Source: Oceanispirochaeta sp. (GTDB lineage: Bacteria > Spirochaetota > Spirochaetia > DSM-2461). Taken from it: a stretch of DNA of 64,000 nucleotides. Positions 31,647-41,156 of this stretch are shown here, piece after piece. Under the pieces are notes generated by a model. It did no database searches. It worked only from the letters and a program-made list of their open reading frames with translations, and was not told the DNA's origin. The position numbers and the translations under genes were made by a program. The stretch is from positions 960,001 through 1,024,000 of the forward strand of contig CAXXXD010000003.1 in assembly GCA_963663385.2 (NCBI GenBank), in the 5' to 3' direction. Position 1 is the first letter of the stretch. The number at the start of each line of letters is the position of its first letter.

Positions 31647-31976
31647 ATGCCTTTTAGACTTATTTCCTATATTATTGTTCTTGTCTTTCTAGTGACATTT
31701 ATTGGTTTGAATCTTGGGAATACTTCTGATGTGAACCTCTGGTTTTCAGAAAAGGGGCAGTTTACAGATGTACCGATTGTTGTCAGTTTTTTTATTATGT
31801 ATATCCTGGGTGCTCTCTCCATTGTTCCCTATATCATTGGAAATCAGTTCAAGTCCTTTCGTAAGAAGAGTAAGGAAAAGAAATCGGAAAAACTGGCAGC
31901 TGCTCCCAAAAAGATAGGCTCCAGAAAGATAAAAAACGAAAGCAATGAAGTTGAATCTGTCCATCCGGAAGAGTAG
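31647..31976 (+). CDS. Small two-TM membrane protein (LapA-like)
   Basis: Two TM helices and a basic tail; RBS AAGGAG. Confidence 0.65.
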   Translation: MPFRLISYIIVLVFLVTFIGLNLGNTSDVNLWFSEKGQFTDVPIVVSFFIMYILGALSIVPYIIGNQFKSFRKKSKEKKSEKLAAAPKKIGSRKIKNESNEVESVHPEE

Positions 31977-33030
31977 GGGGGTATTCCGTGCTCTGCTGAT
32001 TATATTCTTTAGCGGTGTCAGTCTTTTTGGAGATGATTTGACAGAAGCCGCTCTATTGGAGAAAAATGGTGATATATCCGGTGCAAGGTCACTATATCAT
32101 CAATGGCTGAATGAAGAGGCAAACCGGAACCGTTCCGACTACGGGCGTACACTTCTTCATGTTCTCCGATTGGGCGGAGATCGACAGGGTCTTTTTAATA
32201 TTCTAGATTCCTGTCTGTCCGGTGTCAGGAATATACAGGATAGAATTGAAATCCTGAAATTCGGAGCTTACTTATCTAACCTATCCGGAATGGAGGAGAG
32301 ATCAACGTACTATTTCTCACTTCTGGAGAGTCTTGATGAATCCGCAGCCTCGTGGATAGGAAATTATTATTCTCTTATTAATAACAGTTACACTAATCTT
32401 GAAGATCCTCTGGCTGGAAACTCTTCCTATCAGAGGGAATCCGATTTTAAAGAAGCGGCGGTTTTATATCTCATATACCTGAACATAACTACCGCTGAAG
32501 ATCAGGATATAACAGATTGGCAGGAGAGGATGGATGCCCGCTATCCTTTTCTTCAGAACTATCCGGAATGGCTTTTTCTGAACTGGTATTTTTCCAGAGA
32601 ACGCAATATGGAGGTCCAGGAGGATTATTTTTCTTCCCTTCTTGCCGAGCGCTTTCCCACAGCTCCGGAAACAGGGCTGTTAAAAGGAGATATTCAACTG
32701 TTTCCAAGCCCTGTCTATCTTTTAACTGACGTTCATTCGGATTTATCCCTTCCGAATGAAGAACCTGCCGAATCCTGTCAGCTTCCCGGCGGTATAGGTT
32801 CTTCTGGAAAGCTCTATTATCTGCAGGCGGGAGCATTCGGTCAGAAGGCGAATGCCGAAGAGCTCAAACAAGAGATTAATAAACAGAGTCCATTAAATGC
32901 CGAAGTCATCCAATCCGGTGATATCTATAAGGTGCTTATCCGAACCTATGATCCCGATAAGGATTCAGGGGTTCTGAGGGCTGGGGGATTTGATGTTTTC
33001 AGGACTCTTCCGCCTGATCCGAATCACTGA
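31945..33030 (+). CDS. SPOR-domain protein
   Basis: Signal peptide; C-terminal YYLQAGAFGQKANAE. Confidence 0.8.
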   Translation: MKLNLSIRKSRGVFRALLIIFFSGVSLFGDDLTEAALLEKNGDISGARSLYHQWLNEEANRNRSDYGRTLLHVLRLGGDRQGLFNILDSCLSGVRNIQDRIEILKFGAYLSNLSGMEERSTYYFSLLESLDESAASWIGNYYSLINNSYTNLEDPLAGNSSYQRESDFKEAAVLYLIYLNITTAEDQDITDWQERMDARYPFLQNYPEWLFLNWYFSRERNMEVQEDYFSSLLAERFPTAPETGLLKGDIQLFPSPVYLLTDVHSDLSLPNEEPAESCQLPGGIGSSGKLYYLQAGAFGQKANAEELKQEINKQSPLNAEVIQSGDIYKVLIRTYDPDKDSGVLRAGGFDVFRTLPPDPNH

Positions 33031-34519
33031 TTTCAATCTGTTCATAATGGACGACTTCTCCCGGTGTCAGAACAAAACCTTTTGCCGTAAGCATCCCGGG
33101 AGTCAGGGTAATGGTTCTGATTATACGGGAGCTGTCTCTGGCCTCATTATAATCCACCGAGTAGATTTCCCGTTTATCAAGTAAACCATTTCCCTTCAGG
33201 TAATGCATCTCCATAATAGAAATGTCATTCAGAATATAAAACTCAATTACTCCGTGTGCGACGTGTTCGGTGCCGGTTTTCAGAGTAAAATAGGGGAGTT
33301 CCAGATTTAAATCTTCATCTTTATTGTTTCTGAACTGTCCGGAAAGACGGGAGAGAATGTTCGAATCTTCAATGCCTGAATGGGCTATGAGGGATTTCTG
33401 GAGGAGGGGCCCCACCTGAGTATAGTAGCCGTCCCATTCGGTAGATCCGTGAATATTCACCTTGATTCTGTCCAGAGCCTCCAGAGATAAATAGATATCC
33501 CTTCTCTGGCTTGTAATTAAGGAGTTTTTGGACTGGATATTTATACCTTTGAAAATAGTTCTGTAAGTATCGCTCCAATCATAATTTTCCTGAATATCGT
33601 CAACCGAAAATATCAGCTGCCCATCGGCGGGATTAAAAAAGATGATTTCTTCCATAAGGGCCTGCTTCTTTCTGTTCAGATCTTCAATCCTGTACCAGGG
33701 GCCGGCAATGTAGTCGATAAAATCATCAAGAGAACCCTTATAGACCTTTTCAAGCTGTTCTTCACTGATAGATACTCCCGGAATTTTATCAATACTGGTG
33801 GGCAGGTACTCCCTTGAGCTTCTATTCCATTTATATGTTGTTTTAATAAGGTCAAGATTGTCCTGCGATACTTCATCTGTCTCTTCGGTGATTATTGAGA
33901 AGCTTTCGCTTGTAGGTTTTCCGATTTTATAGTCCTGAGACCGGTCATAGGTCTGAATCTCTATAATCCCATTAATACTGACGTTTAAAACGGGTCGCAG
34001 CATCAATCCCTGAATCCCTCCGGAAGAAGTTATTGTAAAAACATCCAGAGTATGGTTCTCATTCTTTGTAAAACCGGTAATTATAATCTCATTGAGGTTG
34101 TTCCCAGTCAGATCCTGTATAAGGATACTGATTCCTTCTGTACTATCGGGGCTTATGCCAGTTTCAAGAGCAGAATAGAAGGCCATTTTATCGTTGTTAT
34201 AATCTACCACATATAGGTATATTACTGTTTTACCATCAACTGTTCTACGGGTGAGGATAATCTGCTCATCCTCTGTATCAAAATCAAGGTTGACATCATT
34301 TGTTAACAGAAGGGTGTCTTCCGGAGGAAGGGGAATCATTGGAACCAGAAAGTTCTGATCCTCTTCCTCAATAATATTTGATACGGCTTCCGACTGGTTA
34401 GCGCTGCTGGAACTGGGGTTTATGATCCTGGGTGTCGAAGGGGGCTGTTGAGCTGCTTTATCATTCCGGCAGGAGATGAGGATGATAAGTGGAAGTAATA
34501 GAACAATGAGTTTTTTCAT
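32999..34519 (-). CDS. Spirochete lipoprotein, pallilysin-related adhesin family (tentative)
   Basis: MKK...LISC lipobox; NLDFDTEDEQII and QDLTGNNLNEII repeats; family name from recall. Confidence 0.6.
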   Translation of the reverse strand: MKKLIVLLLPLIILISCRNDKAAQQPPSTPRIINPSSSSANQSEAVSNIIEEEDQNFLVPMIPLPPEDTLLLTNDVNLDFDTEDEQIILTRRTVDGKTVIYLYVVDYNNDKMAFYSALETGISPDSTEGISILIQDLTGNNLNEIIITGFTKNENHTLDVFTITSSGGIQGLMLRPVLNVSINGIIEIQTYDRSQDYKIGKPTSESFSIITEETDEVSQDNLDLIKTTYKWNRSSREYLPTSIDKIPGVSISEEQLEKVYKGSLDDFIDYIAGPWYRIEDLNRKKQALMEEIIFFNPADGQLIFSVDDIQENYDWSDTYRTIFKGINIQSKNSLITSQRRDIYLSLEALDRIKVNIHGSTEWDGYYTQVGPLLQKSLIAHSGIEDSNILSRLSGQFRNNKDEDLNLELPYFTLKTGTEHVAHGVIEFYILNDISIMEMHYLKGNGLLDKREIYSVDYNEARDSSRIIRTITLTPGMLTAKGFVLTPGEVVHYEQIEISDSDQAEES

Positions 34520-34552
34520 AGGCAATATTATGTTGAACTTGGATAAAAAAAG

Positions 34553-35542
34553 CTAGCCGCTTACACCCGGAAAATAGGGGGCAAAAAAATCCAGAATAAT
34601 TTTTTTTACATCTTTCACAGACCCTTCAACTTTAAAGCCGGCAGCTGTAGGGTGTCCGCCGCCTCCGAATCTTGCTGCAAGGGGAAGACAGTCAATTTCA
34701 TTTTTTGTCCGGATGGAACAGCGGGTCATCCCCTCTGAATTCTGCTTGATGAATACCGATATTCTGACCGCATTGCATTGAAGAGGGATATTGACTATCT
34801 CCTGGGATTCCTCATATCTGGCTCCCGAATCAATCAGAGCTTTTTTAGACATAAACTGGTAGGCCAGATGGTTTCCAAAGTGTAATTCCATCGAGGCTCC
34901 AACCATGGCTCTCAATTTCAGCGATTCTGTCGATTTGCTTTCGTAGAGCTGGGAGTAGACAAAATTCGGTCTGGCTCCATTCTTTACCAGCTTATAGGCA
35001 ATTTTGAAAGTCTCGGCACTTGTTTTCGGGTAGATGAATGATCCCGTATCATATACAATCCCGGCAAACATGGCTTCTGTAAGAGGGGCAAAAAAGGGAA
35101 TCGAAAAATGGGCCTGCAGTTTGGAGAGTATTTCACAGGTTGAGGATGCATCAGAAATGAAAACCCCCTTGAAGGGGATGTCACTTTCATAGTCATGATG
35201 GTCAATCACAACCAGATCCCTCAGGGTATCCCTGTTCAGACGAGATTTTAAATGCCCTATATTCCCAGGTTCTGTATCAACAACAAAAAGGGTGTAATCT
35301 TTTGGATCTAAAGAAAGGTCTTCGCTTTCATCAATATGACGGATAACACTGTCTGGATCCATAAAACCGTATTTGTTTTCAGTGGGATCAGAGTTTAGTA
35401 TGACCGTTTTTTTATTAAGGTAATGAAGGATTGAATACAAGACAATTTCCGAACCTATGGCATCACCGTCAGGAGCTTCATGAGCTGTTATTATGTAGTT
35501 GTCATTATTGAGAATAAAATCACCCAGTTCGGCAAGTGTCAT
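34553..35542 (-). CDS. DHH-DHHA1 phosphoesterase (NrnA-like)
   Basis: HEAPDGDAIGS, VIDHH, YDTGSF, GGGGHPTAAG. Confidence 0.93.
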   Translation of the reverse strand: MTLAELGDFILNNDNYIITAHEAPDGDAIGSEIVLYSILHYLNKKTVILNSDPTENKYGFMDPDSVIRHIDESEDLSLDPKDYTLFVVDTEPGNIGHLKSRLNRDTLRDLVVIDHHDYESDIPFKGVFISDASSTCEILSKLQAHFSIPFFAPLTEAMFAGIVYDTGSFIYPKTSAETFKIAYKLVKNGARPNFVYSQLYESKSTESLKLRAMVGASMELHFGNHLAYQFMSKKALIDSGARYEESQEIVNIPLQCNAVRISVFIKQNSEGMTRCSIRTKNEIDCLPLAARFGGGGHPTAAGFKVEGSVKDVKKIILDFFAPYFPGVSG

Positions 35543-35630
35543 CTTTAACTATCCTTGTGTATAATAATATAGACTAAGACCTGTTAAAAATCTAATTATA
35601 ACCTAAAAAAAAAATTCCGGAGTTTAATAT

Positions 35631-36224
35631 ATGACTGAAAATAAACTGGCTGCAGATTGTATCATTCCGGCTGCAGGATTCTCATCCCGTATGGGGAAAT
35701 GGAAGCCGGGGCTTTTGACGGATGGGGAGGTCTCTCTTGTTGAAAGGGCGGTTAGAACAGCTCAGGCTGTCTGTCAGCGCGTCATACTGGTCGGGGGGTA
35801 TCGCTTTCAGGAGATTGAAAAACTTCTGGAATTCCCGAATCAGGTCATTCTTCTTGAAAACAGAGAGTACAAAACAGGAATGCTGTCTTCCATACAGACT
35901 GGTTTGCGAGTGGTCAGGAGGGATTTTTTTATTACCCCTGTCGATCTGCCGGGGATAGGTGTGGAGCATTACAAACGATTATTTGAAAGATTTGACGGGA
36001 ATCGGATTATCCGGCCCTTTTTTAAGGAGAAACCGGGCCATCCAATCCTCTGTCCTTATTCGTACAAAGAGAAAATCCTGGGTCTAAAAGGAACTCGCTT
36101 AATAACTGAACTTAAAAAATGGGAGTATGAAGCCCTGTCCTGGGAGGATGATTCTCCTGTCATTGATCTGGATACACCGTCAGATTTGAAAGAATGGCAG
36201 CATAGAATGGTCAAAAAAACCTGA
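35631..36224 (+). CDS. Nucleotidyltransferase (MocA/MobA-like)
   Basis: IPAAGFSSRMG.WK, GMLSSIQTG, PVDLP, GHP, DLDTPSD. Confidence 0.85.
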   Translation: MTENKLAADCIIPAAGFSSRMGKWKPGLLTDGEVSLVERAVRTAQAVCQRVILVGGYRFQEIEKLLEFPNQVILLENREYKTGMLSSIQTGLRVVRRDFFITPVDLPGIGVEHYKRLFERFDGNRIIRPFFKEKPGHPILCPYSYKEKILGLKGTRLITELKKWEYEALSWEDDSPVIDLDTPSDLKEWQHRMVKKT

Positions 36225-36240
36225 TCAGGTTAAAAATACC
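36209..36240. promoter_or_regulatory. Two candidate enhancer-binding-protein (PspF-type) upstream activator sites
   Basis: GGT-CAAAAAA-ACC and GGT-TAAAAAT-ACC (GGT-N7-ACC twice) upstream of a sigma54 site. Confidence 0.5.
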
Positions 36241-36274
36241 GCTATTTTTACGTATATAAACCTGAAAATCTTTC

Positions 36275-36290
36275 TGGCACAGCCTTTGCA
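36275..36290 (+). promoter_or_regulatory. Sigma54 (-24/-12) promoter of pspA
   Basis: TGGCACAGCCTTTGCA with exact GG-N10-GC spacing. Confidence 0.85.
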
Positions 36291-36326
36291 ATATTGTATG
36301 TATCAATATTTCATTGGAGGAAATAG

Positions 36327-37001
36327 ATGAGTGTTATTAAAAGAAGCAGAGATATCATCAATTCAAATATTAATGCCGCACTGGACAGGGTGGAAGAACC
36401 TGCAAAGATGGTTCGGATGATGATCCGGGAAATGGAAGATGCCCTGAACAGAATGCGTACTTCCTGTGCAGTCAGGGTATCGGAGAAGGTCAGGATTGAA
36501 CAGGAACTGGAACAGGGCAGGGACTCGGTCCGTAAATGGGCCGAACGATCTGTGCTTGCTGTAAAAGAGGGTAGGGATGATCTGGCAAAGGATGCTCTGC
36601 TGGAAAAAAGGAAAACAGAAAGCCGGATTAACTTTATGGAGCTTGATCATGAGCATCTGGAAACAATCATTGCAGAGACCAGGGGTAAAATCCGGGAACT
36701 GGAAACGAAGCTGGAAGAGGCTGGGCAGAAACAGTTTTTACTGATTCAGAGAGGTGTTCACGCCAAGGAGACCCTTCTGGTTAACAGAAGTATCCGACAG
36801 GCTGGCAGCTGCCGCACCATCTATCGTTTTGATGAGATGGAAAAGAAAATCGAACGAATGGAGGCCGAGGCCGAATTGAGTGGAAACAAAACTTTTTCTG
36901 CCAGTGAAAAAGCTTTTCAGGATCTGGAAATGGATAGATCGGTAGATGAAGAACTTGAGGCCATGAAAAAGAGTTCAAATGCAGATGCGTCAACCAGGTG
37001 A
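36327..37001 (+). CDS. pspA: Phage shock protein A (PspA/IM30)
   Basis: RSRDIINSNINAALDRVEEPAKMVRMMIREMED, coiled coil, RFDEMEKKIERMEAEAEL; RBS GGAGG. Confidence 0.92.
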   Translation: MSVIKRSRDIINSNINAALDRVEEPAKMVRMMIREMEDALNRMRTSCAVRVSEKVRIEQELEQGRDSVRKWAERSVLAVKEGRDDLAKDALLEKRKTESRINFMELDHEHLETIIAETRGKIRELETKLEEAGQKQFLLIQRGVHAKETLLVNRSIRQAGSCRTIYRFDEMEKKIERMEAEAELSGNKTFSASEKAFQDLEMDRSVDEELEAMKKSSNADASTR

Positions 37002-37008
37002 GGAATGT

Positions 37009-37251
37009 ATGAAACTTCTGAAAAGAAAACTCTACCGTTCCCATAGCGGTTTGATATTTGGTGTATGTAAGGGACTGGCCGAATATCTGAATGTATCTGC
37101 CTTAGTCCTCAGAACTATCTGGGCCATTCTTGTATTCGCTACAGGATTCTTTCCTTTTGTTGCGGTATATCTGATTCTGGCTTACATTTTACCGGAGCGG
37201 GATCTGTACGGCCCGGATTCTACCGTAGAAACGGAGTACTCTGTTTATTAG
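37009..37251 (+). CDS. pspC: PspC-domain protein
   Basis: KLYRS..GLIFGVCKGLAEYL, VYLILAYILP; RBS GAGG. Confidence 0.9.
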   Translation: MKLLKRKLYRSHSGLIFGVCKGLAEYLNVSALVLRTIWAILVFATGFFPFVAVYLILAYILPERDLYGPDSTVETEYSVY

Positions 37252-37290
37252 AAAGACTGATGGCAGGTAACTTTTTACAGGGGACGCAGG

Positions 37291-37920
37291 TCAGAGCTCC
37301 ATTCCGAGGCCTATGCTTCCCCTGTTATCAATTGTTCTTTTAAAAGCATTATCCCGGTTTGTGTAGCTGGGGTTTGATGAAAACTCCAGAGTATCGTAAC
37401 TGAAGGAGTACGAGGCAAAGAGGATGAATGTGTCTGTAAGTTTATATAGTATCTTTACTCCCGCGCCGGGACCGAAGCTGAAATAGGACATATCTTCGCC
37501 ATCGGCAAACTCATCATTTTTATAATAACTGAATCCCGTATGAAAACCGGCTCCCGGAAGAATGCCCCATTTCCCCCGCCAGATATTCCAGCCTATACCG
37601 CCGGTATAATCCATCGACAGACCCCGGCTGCTGAATTTTAATGGTATCAGGAGAAAGGCATCCGAATAATACCCCAGACGGCTCCCGATAAGGGAGGAGT
37701 AATTCAATCCGATCAGTTTGGAATCTGAACTGACTTCGCTGGATTTCTCCTGATAGTCTTTTTCAAGTGTTCTGGTTTCAAGACCGAAGCTAAGCCCGCA
37801 GAAATGAAATTTCTGAAGCTGGTCTTCCAGAATCGGATCTATATTCTGAGCATTTGATGGAGAAATGAACAGAAGAAACAATACTGTGTAAAGAGAGTTT
37901 TTGAGTATAATCTGAGTCAT
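37291..37920 (-). CDS. Putative small outer-membrane beta-barrel protein
   Basis: Signal peptide (SNA), amphipathic Gly/aromatic strands. Confidence 0.6.
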   Translation of the reverse strand: MTQIILKNSLYTVLFLLFISPSNAQNIDPILEDQLQKFHFCGLSFGLETRTLEKDYQEKSSEVSSDSKLIGLNYSSLIGSRLGYYSDAFLLIPLKFSSRGLSMDYTGGIGWNIWRGKWGILPGAGFHTGFSYYKNDEFADGEDMSYFSFGPGAGVKILYKLTDTFILFASYSFSYDTLEFSSNPSYTNRDNAFKRTIDNRGSIGLGMEL

Positions 37921-37929
37921 GAATAATCC

Positions 37930-39114
37930 TTAGCTGATAATACGGTTTCTGCCGGACTGTTTGGCTTTGTAAAGATTTTTGTCTGCTTCAATAATCACCT
38001 GATCATAGTTTCGACTATCACTGTACATTCTGGCCATTCCGAAACTCATGGTAATGGAAACGGTACTGTTGTTACATAGTATTTTCATATTTTCGATCTC
38101 ATTTCTAATTCTTTCTATCACTTTGAAAGCGGTTTCCGGAGAGCTTACTTTCTGCATGATGATAAATTCTTCACCCCCCCAGCGGGCCAGACAGTCCTGT
38201 TCACGGATATTTTTCTCTATTGTACAGGAAACCCGTTTTATAACCTCATCACCGCAGTCATGCCCATAGGTATCGTTTACTTTTTTAAAAAAATCAATAT
38301 CTCCCAGTGTGATGACATACTCTTCGTTATTCCTTTTTGATTGTTTAAACTCATAACTTATATAGTTATCGAATCCTCTTCTGTTATAAAGACCAGTTAA
38401 AACATCGGTGACCGAAAGGACTTCCAGTTCTCTCATGAGCCGGTCTTTTTCTTCCATACTCATATTATGATTCACTTTAAACTGATGCATTACCGCTACA
38501 TAGATAGAAAAAAGAATTAAGCTGTTTCTGATCATATAAAAAACAGAGAGCATTCGCATATTTTTTACAGGATCAAAATATTTCTCAGCCGACATGACTG
38601 TTTCCACTACCGGAACCAGAGTGGTCAGAACTGCTATCAGATAGATAAAAAGGATTAGAGAGGAGGAGTAATTATGCTTTTGTTTGTGTTTTCTAATCAG
38701 AAAGATAAAAATGAATAAGAAGATCGTAAGGTTGAACATTTCATGTAAAACGTGGGGCGGTATAGCCTTTCCTTTCAGAATGGCAGCTAAACCTAAGTCG
38801 CAGAGAAGTAACCCCAGTAGCCTTTTGTACGGAGGCTTATCTCCAAAAAATACAATCCAGCCCAGGAGCAGGAGTATATTGCTCAGGAAATAAGATTCCG
38901 TAATTATGCTGAAAAGCAAAAATGATAGATACTGGTTATTAATATAATACAACGTGAAGGATATAGCGGGTAGTAAAAGGGATAAAAACCAGAATCCCGT
39001 TCCTTTAAATTGCCTGGGAAACTGGAGTTTTATCAGCAAAATAAGAAAACTGTAAACAACAGACAGGGGAATATTGATTAGACTGAGCGTTCCGGGATCA
39101 AACATGCCAAACAT
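37930..39114 (-). CDS. Membrane-bound diguanylate cyclase
   Basis: ~7 TM helices; DVLTGLYNRR, DIDFFKKVNDTYGH, RxxD I-site (REQD), RWGGEEF. Confidence 0.93.
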   Translation of the reverse strand: MFGMFDPGTLSLINIPLSVVYSFLILLIKLQFPRQFKGTGFWFLSLLLPAISFTLYYINNQYLSFLLFSIITESYFLSNILLLLGWIVFFGDKPPYKRLLGLLLCDLGLAAILKGKAIPPHVLHEMFNLTIFLFIFIFLIRKHKQKHNYSSSLILFIYLIAVLTTLVPVVETVMSAEKYFDPVKNMRMLSVFYMIRNSLILFSIYVAVMHQFKVNHNMSMEEKDRLMRELEVLSVTDVLTGLYNRRGFDNYISYEFKQSKRNNEEYVITLGDIDFFKKVNDTYGHDCGDEVIKRVSCTIEKNIREQDCLARWGGEEFIIMQKVSSPETAFKVIERIRNEIENMKILCNNSTVSITMSFGMARMYSDSRNYDQVIIEADKNLYKAKQSGRNRIIS

Positions 39115-39191
39115 ATTTAAAGAATAATTCTTCGGTATAGTAATTTCAATTTCTTCCCGGCTGAAACCATATACAATGATAAGATAGTGAT

Positions 39192-40133
39192 ATGAATGAT
39201 TACAGCATTAGAATCAATCGGGTTATCGATTATATAGAAAGGAATCTGGACAGGACTCTGACCCTTGATGAACTGGCATCCATTGCCAATTTTTCAAAAT
39301 ACCATTTTCATAGAATTTTCAGTTCCTTCACAGGAGAAACACTATCCGGTTTTATTCAGAGGCACAGGCTGGAGACTGCTGCGGCCAAACTGGCAAGAAA
39401 CAGCAGAACCAGTATAACAGAAATTGCACTGAGCTGCGGATTTTCAAGTTCCGCTTCATTTTCCAATAGTTTTAAAAAATATTTCAGGGTTTCACCTTCC
39501 CTATGGAGGAAAGAAAACGCTGACTATATACCGGATAGCAATCTGAATGAAATCAAAGGCAATTCTGATAAAGAGAGAAGTGGTAGTTTATTCCATATTG
39601 AGTATGAAAAGGATATTCAGATATGGAGGACAGTTAATGAGAAGTTAGAAAAAACCGTAACAGTCAAGTCAATACCGCCGCTTACTCTGGCCTACCTCCG
39701 TTATGTGGGACCCTATAAAGGTAATGATAGGTTATTTGAAGAATTATGGAACAAGCTGATGCGCTGGGCAGGACCAAGAGGGTTTCTGGGATCAGAGGAA
39801 ACCTGGTTTATGACTCTGTATCACAACTATCCGGATCTGACCGAAGATGACAAATTGCGTTTATCTGTCTGTCTCTCTGTCCCGGAGGATACGGAAACGG
39901 GCCGCGGTATGGGAATAATGGTTTTTGACGGAGGGAAGTATGCCTGTTATGAATGCGTTCTGGGACCGGAGGATTACCAGCATGCCTGGAACTGGCTGTA
40001 TAGGGAATGGCTCCCTTATAGCGGTTTTCAGCCATCAGACGGAACGCCCGCAGAGATCTACCCCTCGGATCAAAAGTGTCTGCCTCCGGGGAAACAGAGA
40101 GTTATAATCTCCATTCCCGTGATTCCTTTATAA
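39192..40133 (+). CDS. AraC-family regulator with GyrI-like ligand-binding domain
   Basis: N-terminal double HTH (FSKYHFHRIF, SITEIALSCGFSS); C-terminal RYVGPY...GGKYA...WLPYSGF. Confidence 0.92.
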   Translation: MNDYSIRINRVIDYIERNLDRTLTLDELASIANFSKYHFHRIFSSFTGETLSGFIQRHRLETAAAKLARNSRTSITEIALSCGFSSSASFSNSFKKYFRVSPSLWRKENADYIPDSNLNEIKGNSDKERSGSLFHIEYEKDIQIWRTVNEKLEKTVTVKSIPPLTLAYLRYVGPYKGNDRLFEELWNKLMRWAGPRGFLGSEETWFMTLYHNYPDLTEDDKLRLSVCLSVPEDTETGRGMGIMVFDGGKYACYECVLGPEDYQHAWNWLYREWLPYSGFQPSDGTPAEIYPSDQKCLPPGKQRVIISIPVIPL

Positions 40134-40147
40134 AGAAGGTGATTTCA

Positions 40148-40621
40148 ATGGAATATAAATTGAAGACGATTGCAGAAGTGCTGCAGAAAGGTGGTTTATT
40201 TCAGATTGTCATGGATCCGGAATATCGGGACGGTCTGATCGAACTGGAAGGTTTTTCCTATATACAGGTTCTCTGGTGGGCTCATCAAACCGATTCTGAA
40301 GAGATGAGGAAGCTTCTTATGTTTGAAAAACCTTATTGCAAAGGACCTGAAAAAGTGGGCGTATTTGCTACAAGATCTCCGGTCAGGCCGAATCCTGTTG
40401 CGGTAACGGCAGTCTCAGTCATCAGTATTGACCGGGATAGGGGTATAATAACTGTTCCGTACATTGATGCCGATCCGGGGACCCCGGTTCTGGATATCAA
40501 GCCCTATCATCCCTGTACCGAGAGAGTAAGGGAGGTTTCTGTGCCAGCATGGTGTAATCATTGGCCGGAATGGCTGGAGGACAGTGCCGACTTCCCCTGG
40601 GAAGAGGAGTTTAATTTTTAG
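40148..40621 (+). CDS. TrmO/TsaA-like SAM-binding protein
   Basis: LEGFSY..VLWWAH, GVFATRSPVRPNP, IDA..GTPVLDIKPY. Confidence 0.85.
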   Translation: MEYKLKTIAEVLQKGGLFQIVMDPEYRDGLIELEGFSYIQVLWWAHQTDSEEMRKLLMFEKPYCKGPEKVGVFATRSPVRPNPVAVTAVSVISIDRDRGIITVPYIDADPGTPVLDIKPYHPCTERVREVSVPAWCNHWPEWLEDSADFPWEEEFNF

Positions 40622-40692
40622 GTGAACTCTTGTTAAAAACCGGATGTTGGCATATGCTAATAACTCAAAATAAATATGGACAGGAGTTCAAA

Positions 40693-41079
40693 ATGGCTAA
40701 ATTATCAGCTGAAGTTCAGGAAGCAATGAAAAAGACAATGCCGACCTGCATTGCCACCGCCAGTTCAGAGGGTGTTCCCAATCTTGTATATGTTACGTAT
40801 GTAAAAGCGGTGGGGGATGATACAATAGTTGTTGCGGATAATAAATTTGATAAAACCCGGAATAACCTGGATTCCAATCCCTGGCTGACAGTTACCGTAC
40901 TGGATCCCGATACGAAAAAGGCGTATCAGATCAAGGGAAAAACCGAATGCTTTACCGAGGGCGACAAGTATACGGAGGTTGTAGACTGGGTGCATGTCAA
41001 TCATCCCCAGATGACTCCGAAAGCAGCCTTCTATATGAGTGTTGATGAGGTTTACTGCGGAGCTGAACGGCTTGCATAA
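40693..41079 (+). CDS. Pyridoxamine 5'-phosphate oxidase-like FMN-binding protein
   Basis: IATASSEGVPN, ADNKFDKTRNNL, AYQIKG; RBS AGGAG. Confidence 0.85.
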   Translation: MAKLSAEVQEAMKKTMPTCIATASSEGVPNLVYVTYVKAVGDDTIVVADNKFDKTRNNLDSNPWLTVTVLDPDTKKAYQIKGKTECFTEGDKYTEVVDWVHVNHPQMTPKAAFYMSVDEVYCGAERLA

Positions 41080-41100
41080 CCCGCCACTTTTCCGGTTAAT

Positions 41101-41129
41101 ATAAAGCCGGCCATCATGGTTGGCTTTAT
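41101..41129. terminator. Hairpin, possible terminator
   Basis: ATAAAGCCGGCCA-TCA-TGGTTGGCTTTAT (G-U pairs, weak U tract). Confidence 0.45.
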
Positions 41130-41156
41130 ATTATGGGACGGAAGAGGGGAGTACCA

